The position numbers and the translations under genes are program-made. DNA of 64,000 nucleotides from Micropruina sp. (GTDB lineage: Bacteria > Actinomycetota > Actinomycetes > Propionibacteriales > Propionibacteriaceae), in the NCBI GenBank assembly GCA_047602545.1, contig JASGHC010000003.1, positions 88,266 through 152,265 of the forward strand, read 5' to 3'. The notes beneath the pieces were generated by a model. The model was given only the letters and a program-made list of their open reading frames with translations, did not search any database and was not told the origin of the DNA. This document shows positions 57,560-64,000 of this stretch, piece after piece (positions within the stretch are counted from its first letter, which is position 1; each line of letters opens with the position of its first letter).

Positions 57560-58102
57560 ATGACGTTGTCACGGGACGAGTTCGAGGTGCTCTACCGCAC
57601 GCATGCTCCCGAGATCCTGGGCTACCTGCGTCGCCGCGGAGCCGGCGACGACGCCCAGGACCTGCTTGCAGACACGTTTCTCACCGCCTGGCGGCGCCGA
57701 GACGACCTGCCCGACACCACCCTGCGGCGGGCCTGGCTGTTCGGCGTCGCACGCCGGCTCCTGCTGGCGCACGGACGTCGCAACCCGCCGGTCCTCACCG
57801 ATGCTCCGGACGGCTGGACCGCCCTCACGGCATCCGACGACGAGGTGGAGTCCAGGGCGGACGCCGTGCGGGCTGCGCTGGCCGATCTCCCGGACGTTGA
57901 CCGCGAGCTGCTGACCATGACCGTGTGGGAACGCCTCCCGGTCGTCGAAGCAGGCCTGGTGCTCGGACTGAAGGCGTCCGCAGCCAGAGTGCGGTTGCAC
58001 CGCGTCCGGAGCAGGCTCGCCCGGGACCCACGCCTGGCTGCGCTGCTGCACGACGAGCCGGTGTCGGTCGTCGCCGACCAGACCGGTCTGCGCCCGCGCT
58101 GA
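57560..58102 (+). CDS. ECF-type RNA polymerase sigma-70 factor
   Basis: Region 2 reads LYRTHAPEILGYLRRR...AQDLLADTFLTAW. Region 4 reads LPDVDRELLTMTVWERLPVVEAGLVLGLKASAARVRLHRVRSRL. Confidence 0.85.
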   Translation: MTLSRDEFEVLYRTHAPEILGYLRRRGAGDDAQDLLADTFLTAWRRRDDLPDTTLRRAWLFGVARRLLLAHGRRNPPVLTDAPDGWTALTASDDEVESRADAVRAALADLPDVDRELLTMTVWERLPVVEAGLVLGLKASAARVRLHRVRSRLARDPRLAALLHDEPVSVVADQTGLRPR

Positions 58103-58231
58103 CCCGCCCAACCCTGCAGCGCACGTCCTGCCACAACGCCACGGTGGGGTCCTCGGCATTGGGTGTGAACCGCACATGTTCGACGACCAGGTATCGCTCG
58201 TCCACCGGTGCTCCGTTCACCGAGTTGATTC

Positions 58232-58864
58232 TCAGCGGCGACGTGGACGTCGGCGTCCAGCCCGGCCGTTGCTCTCGGTCTTCACCGGCTTGGCGACGCG
58301 AGCCCTCTCCTGCTGGGTGCGGGAACTCTGCGCCGTCCGGCCGCGGACCACGCCGATGAACTCATCGGTCAGCGGGTGCGGCTGGTCGGCGCGCCAGGCC
58401 AGCCCGATCCGGGTCGGTTCGGCATCGGTGACCGGGCGGTAGGTGAGGTCACGGCGGCTGTGGGTGCGGGCGATCGACATCGGCACCCGCAGCACGGCGA
58501 TCTCGATCGCCACCTGATCGATGCCGTCCGCGTCAGCTTCGGTGAGCACGGTTTCGTCGGCGAGATCTGCCGTGGCGACTTCGTCGAATGCCGCGATCGG
58601 ATGCTCCTTCGACACCCACACCACGGGTGCCTCCTCGTACAGCGGAATGAGGTGCAGCCCTTCGACGCCGATCGGTAGCCGGACGAAACACAGGTCGACC
58701 TCACCGGCGTCCAACACCCGACGCTGATCCGGCTCGGTCACCTCGACGACCTCCAGCGGCACAGATCGGAAGCGCTCCTGCCAGATCGTCGTCCACTTGG
58801 TCAGCGTGACGCCGGGCACGAAGCCGACGCGCAGGCGGGTGCCGGGGGTCGGGGGAGTCGTCAC
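58232..58864 (-). CDS. LysR substrate-binding-domain protein (no HTH domain)
   Basis: LRVGFVPGVTLTKW...DLCFVRLPI...LYEEAPVVWVSKEHP is the typical LysR_substrate pattern. Confidence 0.72.
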   Translation of the reverse strand: MTTPPTPGTRLRVGFVPGVTLTKWTTIWQERFRSVPLEVVEVTEPDQRRVLDAGEVDLCFVRLPIGVEGLHLIPLYEEAPVVWVSKEHPIAAFDEVATADLADETVLTEADADGIDQVAIEIAVLRVPMSIARTHSRRDLTYRPVTDAEPTRIGLAWRADQPHPLTDEFIGVVRGRTAQSSRTQQERARVAKPVKTESNGRAGRRRPRRR

Positions 58865-58901
58865 CCGGGCAGGCTATCGCGGCGCCGGATAGGCTGACCC
58901 G

Positions 58902-59252
58902 GTGAGCCAGACCATGAAGCCGGTAACCGCCGCCGCCAAGCTCGGCATCTACCTGCCGGCTACCCCCGAACAGTTCCGCGAGTCGCCGATCACCCGCGCC
59001 GAACTGGACGCGCTGCGTGCCGACCCGCCGCCATGGCTGGTCGAGTTGCGCCGCAACGGACCGTTCCCGCGTGACGTGGTCGCGCAGAAACTCGGCGTGT
59101 CGCGATCCGGATTGACCCGGGCGGGCATCACAGACGCCCTGGACGCCGACCAGATCGGTGCGCTAATCGCCGACCCGCCGGACTGGCTCATCCGCGAGCG
59201 GGAGAGCTACCGCGAGGTGATCGCCGAGAAGGCCCGCCTGAACGCGCGTTAG
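58902..59252 (+). CDS. Conserved actinobacterial hypothetical protein (internal duplication ...DPPPWLVELRR / DPPDWLIRERE)
   Basis: 116 aa, divergent from the LysR-domain gene. The family name was not verified. Confidence 0.55.
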   Translation: MSQTMKPVTAAAKLGIYLPATPEQFRESPITRAELDALRADPPPWLVELRRNGPFPRDVVAQKLGVSRSGLTRAGITDALDADQIGALIADPPDWLIRERESYREVIAEKARLNAR

Positions 59253-59631
59253 CTCCTGAGGAATTCGGCCAGCTCGGCCACGGACGCCGTCGGGACGGGG
59301 ACCCGCGCGAAGAAACTGCTGTTCCGCCACTCGTCAGCGGCTTCGTCCGGGTCGCCGATCCAGTCCTGCTCCACATAGGCCGCCAGGTCGGTGAGGCCCT
59401 GTGCCTTCGCGAACTCGGCGGTCGCACGTCCCCGCAGCCGTCGCCGGCGGCGTCGACGCTCTCGATCTCCAGCCTGGTGAGTTCCCGCAGCAACGGGGCG
59501 TCGTCGGGCCGGCGACTGGACAGCAGGGTCGCCACCAGCGCGGCCCGGACGTCGTCCGCACCCGCCATCGTGCGCAGTTCGCCGGGTGTGGGGGCACGTG
59601 CCGCCGCCAGCAGGAGGGCTCCGGTAGCCAT
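59249..59631 (-). pseudogene. Small hypothetical protein, apparently frameshifted
   Basis: The N-terminal frame reads MATGALLLAAARAPTPGELRTMAG...EIESVDAAGDG. The protein-like C-terminus (EFAKAQGLTDLAAYVEQDWIGDPDEAADEW...AELAEFLRS) lies in another frame and ends at 59249. Confidence 0.4.
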
Positions 59632-59637
59632 GTCGCT

Positions 59638-60111
59638 TTACGCCTCAGTCCGCTCGCCACCGCGCCGGGAGCGCAGCCACTCGGCGCCGTTCCACATCAC
59701 CGGCCTGGCGCCGACCGGTGGAATGCTCAGCTCCGGATCGTCGGACTGCACCAGGCACACCATCGGATGCCGCCACAGCGCTGCGTCCCGGGCCTGGACG
59801 GCGAAGATGTCCAGCAACGCGAACGCCACCTCGGCGTGAGCGGCGGCGAAGCGGTCGAAGTGCACCAGCACCAGCACCAGGCCGGTTGACGAGGCGTCCG
59901 GCCCGTACCCGCCGCCGGCCACGTCGCTCAGGCAGTCGTTGAGGGCGTCCAGGTTGTTCCCGTAGTAGCCGGGAAAGTCCAGCAGCGAGGCCAGGGCGCG
60001 ATGCATTGCGTACTGATCCGTCCATGCCGCCGCGTCAGTCGTCCGGACGTCGTAGCCACGACTATGCAGCCGGCCGACGGTGTCGTCGAGCAGGGCCGGG
60101 TCCCAGAACAT
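59638..60111 (-). CDS. Barstar-family (ribonuclease inhibitor) protein
   Basis: LLDFPGYYGNNLDALNDCLSDV...LVLVLVHFDRF is the barstar-like motif block. The start is chosen at MFWDPALL. Confidence 0.68.
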   Translation of the reverse strand: MFWDPALLDDTVGRLHSRGYDVRTTDAAAWTDQYAMHRALASLLDFPGYYGNNLDALNDCLSDVAGGGYGPDASSTGLVLVLVHFDRFAAAHAEVAFALLDIFAVQARDAALWRHPMVCLVQSDDPELSIPPVGARPVMWNGAEWLRSRRGGERTEA

Positions 60112-60239
60112 CGTGATGTACGGATCGCGGATCAACTGGCGTTCCGTCGGGTCGGACGCCGCGGGGCTGTCGTGCTGCACACCTCCATCCTTACCCGGGT
60201 GGCAGGTCCGGGTCGAGAGCGTGGGCGGCCTGGCTTCTC

Positions 60240-60308
60240 GTTGGTCGAGCTTGTCGAGACCTTGGACGACCTGGTGCTGGTCAGGGGTTTCGACACGCTC
60301 AACCAGCC
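60240..60308. repeat. Palindromic intergenic repeat (REP/MITE-like), full hairpin copy
   Basis: GTTGGTCGAGCTTGTCGAGACC ... GGTTTCGACACGCTCAACCAGCC. The loop carries the same TGGACGACCTGGTGCTGG as the copy at 7437-7495. Confidence 0.7.
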
Positions 60309-60359
60309 ATGGTTGCGTCGTGCAGCGATTGCCGAGGCGATCTGATGGAACGCTGCGGT

Positions 60360-60737
60360 GCGGGTGATCGTGCACACCGAAGTCGGTGCCGAGCCCCGGC
60401 TCGTTCGCGGAGCTGGTGGCCGTCCGGGCTGCCGACTTCGACCTGGTCCGGCTACCGGACACACTCAATTTCGTGACCGTTGCCGGTTCGCCACCGCCCA
60501 CCAGCCCAGCCTGTGGCCGCACTGCCGTGGGGCCTGGTGGTGGCGCGCGAACTCATCGTCGCGGGCAGCCATGGGATGGCCGCCGCCGACCATCCGGCGA
60601 TGCTGCAGTTGATCGCGGACGGCACGGTCGACCCCGGACGCCTCGTCGGGGGGCCTCGACCGGGCCGGTGTCGAGCCTGATGGCCCTGGACGCCCGGCCC
60701 CTTCCGCCGGGATCACCGCGGCCACGGTTCACGGCTG
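60360..60737 (+). pseudogene. Remnant of a zinc-type alcohol dehydrogenase (C-terminal half, multiple frame changes)
   Basis: Fragments lie in different frames: FAELVAVRAADFDLVRLPDTLNF, CRFATAHQ, RELIVAGSHGMAAADHPAMLQLIADGTVDPGRLV. No N-terminal part is present. Confidence 0.5.
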
Positions 60738-60816
60738 ACATACGGCCGACACATCGGGGAAACAACCGGCTCCTACGATCGCTGAGACCGAAATCCCCAC
60801 CGAAGGCGAGCTTTAC

Positions 60817-62991
60817 ATGACTGCGAACGACATCCGCCAGGTTGCGATTACCGAGGTGCTCAACCGGCAACCGGCGGAGACCGAAGAAATCCTCCCGCTC
60901 TCCGAGATGTGGGCGTGTGACGTCTTCGGCCTGGCGGCCATGGAGGAGGCGTTGTCGAAGAACGCCTTCAAGGCGATGAAGCGCACCGTCCAGACCGGTG
61001 AACCGCTGGACGCGGCGACGGCTGACGTCGTCGCGGCCGCGATGAAGGACTGGGCGATGCGCAAGGGCGCCAAATTCTTCTCGCACGTGTTCTACCCGCT
61101 GACCAACATCACCGCCGAGAAGCACGACGGCTTCATCGTCACCAACTCCGACGGTCACGCGATCACCGAGTTCACCGGCAGCCTGCTGATCAAGGGCGAG
61201 CCGGACGGCTCGTCGTTCCCCAACGGCAGCCTGCGGATGACCAGTGCCGCCCGCGGCTACACGGCCTGGGATCCGACCAGCCCCGCGTACATCAAGAACA
61301 CCAAGAACGGCGCGACGCTGATGATCCCCAGCGTGTTCATGTCGTGGACGGGTGAGTCGCTGGACAAGAAGATCCCGCTGCTGCGCTCGAACGCCGCGAT
61401 GGACAAGGCGGCTCGCAAGGTGCTGGCCCTGATGGGCGAGACCGACATCGCCCCGCTGAACTCCAGCTGCGGGGCCGAGCAGGAGTACTTCCTGATCGAC
61501 AAGAACTTCGCCGCGGCTCGCCCCGATCTGCTGCTGGCCGGACGCACCCTGTTCGGCGCGCCCCCGGCGAAGGGACAGGAGTTCGACGACCACTACTTCG
61601 GCGCGATCCCCGACCGCGTCCAGGTCTTCATGCAGGACTTCGAGGACCAGCTCTACCGGCTGGGCATTCCGGCCAAGACGCACCACAACGAGGTCGCCCC
61701 GGCGCAGTTCGAGATCGCGCCCTACTTCGAGGCCGCCAACGTCGCAGCCGACCATCAGCAGCTGATGATGACGATCATGAAGGCCACCGCGCTGGAGCAC
61801 GGCTTCGTCTGCCTGCTGCACGAGAAGCCGTTCGCCGGTATCAACGGCTCCGGCAAGCACGTCAACTGGTCGGTCGGCAACGCCACCCAGGGCAACCTGC
61901 TCGATCCGGGCAGCTCGCCTGAGCAGAACCTGCAGTTCCTGGTCTTCTGTGGCGCCGTGATCCGCGGCATCCACCTGTACGGGCCGCTGCTGCGCGCCGT
62001 GATCGCGACCGCGTCCAACGACCACCGGCTCGGTGCCAACGAGGCTCCGCCGGCGATCATGTCGGTCTACCTCGGCGACCAGCTCGAGGCCGTCTTCAAC
62101 GACATCAAGGACGGCCGGGTGTCGGCGACCAAGGACGGCGGCATCATGGACCTCGGCCTGTCGCAGATCCTGCCGTTCACCCGTGACCCGGGCGACCGGA
62201 ACCGCACCTCCCCGTTCGCCTTCACCGGCAACCGTTTCGAGTTCCGCGCGGTGGGTTCGTCCCAGTCGGTGTCCGGGCCGCTGGTCGCGATGAACACGAT
62301 CCTGGCCGACTCGCTGGAGTGGATGGCCGGCCGGTTGGAGACCGAACTGGCTGCGGGCAAGGAGGTTCCCGAAGCGGTGGCGGCCGTCCTGCAGGAGGTC
62401 ATGAAGGAGCACGGCGATGCCGTCTTCGGTGGTGACGGCTACTCCACCGCATGGCACGAAGCGGCGGTCGCAGAGCGTGGTCTGCGTAACCTGCCGACCA
62501 GCGCCGACGCGCTGCCCGTCTTCACCGAGCAGCCGGTGATCGATCTCTTCGAGTCGACCGGTGTGCTCTCGCCGCTGGAGTTGAACAGCCGTTACGAGGT
62601 GTACGCCGAGCAGTACATCAACTCGATCACGGTCGAGGCGAAGCTGGTCATCGAGCTGGGCAAGACCGTCATCTACCCGGCCGCCCTTGGCTACCTCGCT
62701 GAATTGGGCTCAACCTATGACGTGGCAGCCAGGTTCGGTGCCGACCTCGACACCTCCATCGGACGCAGCATCGCCAGCGAGGCGAAGGCACTTCTGGCCG
62801 CCGTCACCGCGCTCGAGGGTGAAATCGGCGAGCACGACTTCGCCACCGTCGCGGACCACCTGAAGCACTGCGCCACCACCGTGCGGGGCCTGATGGACGA
62901 GGCTCGCGTGCACGCTGATGCGCTTGAAGCCGAGGTCGCGGACAGCGCCTGGCCGCTGCCGAAGTATCGCGAGATGTTGTTCATCCGCTGA
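60817..62991 (+). CDS. glnN: Glutamine synthetase type III
   Basis: 724 aa, the GSIII length class. Motifs include KFFSHVFYPLT, EQEYFLID, HHNEVAPAQFEIAP and NGSGKHVNWS. Confidence 0.92.
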   Translation: MTANDIRQVAITEVLNRQPAETEEILPLSEMWACDVFGLAAMEEALSKNAFKAMKRTVQTGEPLDAATADVVAAAMKDWAMRKGAKFFSHVFYPLTNITAEKHDGFIVTNSDGHAITEFTGSLLIKGEPDGSSFPNGSLRMTSAARGYTAWDPTSPAYIKNTKNGATLMIPSVFMSWTGESLDKKIPLLRSNAAMDKAARKVLALMGETDIAPLNSSCGAEQEYFLIDKNFAAARPDLLLAGRTLFGAPPAKGQEFDDHYFGAIPDRVQVFMQDFEDQLYRLGIPAKTHHNEVAPAQFEIAPYFEAANVAADHQQLMMTIMKATALEHGFVCLLHEKPFAGINGSGKHVNWSVGNATQGNLLDPGSSPEQNLQFLVFCGAVIRGIHLYGPLLRAVIATASNDHRLGANEAPPAIMSVYLGDQLEAVFNDIKDGRVSATKDGGIMDLGLSQILPFTRDPGDRNRTSPFAFTGNRFEFRAVGSSQSVSGPLVAMNTILADSLEWMAGRLETELAAGKEVPEAVAAVLQEVMKEHGDAVFGGDGYSTAWHEAAVAERGLRNLPTSADALPVFTEQPVIDLFESTGVLSPLELNSRYEVYAEQYINSITVEAKLVIELGKTVIYPAALGYLAELGSTYDVAARFGADLDTSIGRSIASEAKALLAAVTALEGEIGEHDFATVADHLKHCATTVRGLMDEARVHADALEAEVADSAWPLPKYREMLFIR

Positions 62992-63007
62992 GTCGGCAAC
63001 TGTCTGC

Positions 63008-63042
63008 GAGGACGGCGGGACGTGTGACGTCCCGCCGTCCTC
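63008..63042. terminator. Stem-loop between convergent genes (16-bp perfect stem, 3-nt loop), likely a bidirectional terminator
   Basis: GAGGACGGCGGGACGT-gtg-ACGTCCCGCCGTCCTC, followed by GACGATTT. It starts 17 nt after the glnN stop. Confidence 0.7.
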
Positions 63043-63070
63043 GACGATTTGGCCCAGGTCCTGGGTCAGG

Positions 63071-63448
63071 TCAGCTGAACAGCCAGTAGCCGGCGACCGC
63101 CATGGGGATCAGCCCGAGAATCACCAGGGGATGGTAGGGGCGGCGCCGGTTGATGATCAGCACGGGAACCGCCCCCGCCAACCCGATCACGCCGGTCATG
63201 ATCCACAGGCCGATGACGGAGTCGTAGGGCAGCTCGACTGGGGCCCGGGTTACGACGAACAGCGCCAGCACGGAGGCGACCATCGCGATCACTCCGCCGA
63301 GCAGCAACGACACCACGGTGCGCTGGACCAGGTCGAGGCTGCGGCGTTCCGAATCGGTGGAGGTCTGCGCCTCGTCACCCATCGCTCCGACGTCGGACGT
63401 CGACCTGGTCGGTGTCGGGGGCTGCGGTTGGAGGCTCACCAGGGTCAC
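63071..63448 (-). CDS. Small membrane protein (3 predicted helices)
   Basis: Hydrophobic segments are VVSLLLGGVIAMVASVLALFVV, VIGLWIMTGVIGLAGAVPVLII and LVILGLIPMAVAGYWLF. The start is uncertain. Confidence 0.55.
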   Translation of the reverse strand: MTLVSLQPQPPTPTRSTSDVGAMGDEAQTSTDSERRSLDLVQRTVVSLLLGGVIAMVASVLALFVVTRAPVELPYDSVIGLWIMTGVIGLAGAVPVLIINRRRPYHPLVILGLIPMAVAGYWLFS

Positions 63449-63902
63449 TGTACTGACCGCCTCGCGTCAGCCCGTGCCGTCCCTGCCGTACGGAACGGGC
63501 CCGGCCGTACCCGGGCCGCGGACGAGGATGGGTGTACTCACGTGCGGCTTCGCTGGACAACGCGAGCAGCACCAGCACGCTGAGGCCGAGGCCGACCAGG
63601 TCGCCGCCCAGCCGGCCGTGGTCATTGGTCATCGAGCGGCTCACGAAGACGGCAGCCGCGTTGAGCAGGCTCAGGCAGCACAGCGTCACCCGGGCCCAGT
63701 TGCGGCGCGTCCAGACCAGCGCACCGAGCGTGAGGTCGACCAGCGCCAGTCCGGCCAGGCTGACGCCGAGCACCGGCACCAGCACGGCGAGCTCCGTTTC
63801 GGCGTCCCCGGCGAAGTCGTTCGATGCGCCCAGGAAGGTGAAGCCCGCGAGAACCAGGTAGATCAGCCCGCGAATCGCCGTGACGCCCAGCGCGAAGAGC
63901 AC
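63375..63902 (-). CDS. Hypothetical membrane protein
   Basis: Several hydrophobic helices are present. The N-terminus may extend further upstream and the C-terminal tail overlaps the next gene. Confidence 0.4.
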   Translation of the reverse strand: MLFALGVTAIRGLIYLVLAGFTFLGASNDFAGDAETELAVLVPVLGVSLAGLALVDLTLGALVWTRRNWARVTLCCLSLLNAAAVFVSRSMTNDHGRLGGDLVGLGLSVLVLLALSSEAAREYTHPRPRPGYGRARSVRQGRHGLTRGGQYSDPGEPPTAAPDTDQVDVRRRSDG

Positions 63903-64000
63903 CTGGACCGGCGGTGTGGCGAGTGGAGCGGGCGGCAGGGCCGGCGTGCCCGGGTGCGCCGACGCCAGGCCGGCGAGGTCGACGATCGGCAGGTGGCCGT

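Overview
High-GC (about 70%) chromosomal segment of an Actinomycetota genome. The backbone is housekeeping and follows the order known from the mycobacterial metH-trmI-arc-dop-pup region: coaBC(partial)-metK, priA, fmt-rsmB-rpe, a class IV aminotransferase, a PAC2-family gene, metH, a solute-binding lipoprotein, trmI-arc, DUF3054-dop, pup-tyrA-cmk-der, tRNA-Pro, corA, an ECF sigma factor and glnN (GSIII). Three accessory patches interrupt it. (1) 18.2-27.9 kb, between arc and dop, holds a duplicated lipoprotein/secreted-protein cassette flanking a DUF222-HNH gene, plus an IS256-family element nested inside an IS1634-like element with a clean 8-bp target duplication. (2) 30.3-45.5 kb, exactly between dop and pup on the opposite strand, holds a tightly coupled operon of five very large proteins (about 5,000 codons). 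I can place only the first in a family (PhoD-like metallophosphoesterase motifs). This is the best candidate for an undescribed system. (3) 50.3-55.2 kb, downstream of tRNA-Pro, holds lsr2, an Xis-like HTH gene, toxin-antitoxin-like remnants, an ArsR/SRPBCC pair and a wHTH+nucleotidyltransferase module bracketed by 70-bp direct repeats. pup is translationally coupled to tyrA and no prcBA proteasome genes follow it. A family of palindromic intergenic repeats (core GAGCTTGTCGAGACC) is scattered through the window. Several genes show apparent frameshifts, from decay or from indel errors. No rRNA genes or CRISPR arrays were seen. Internal starts come from ORF-track arithmetic. Non-CDS coordinates may be off by 1-2 nt. 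All family calls rest on motif recognition by eye, because no searches could be run.
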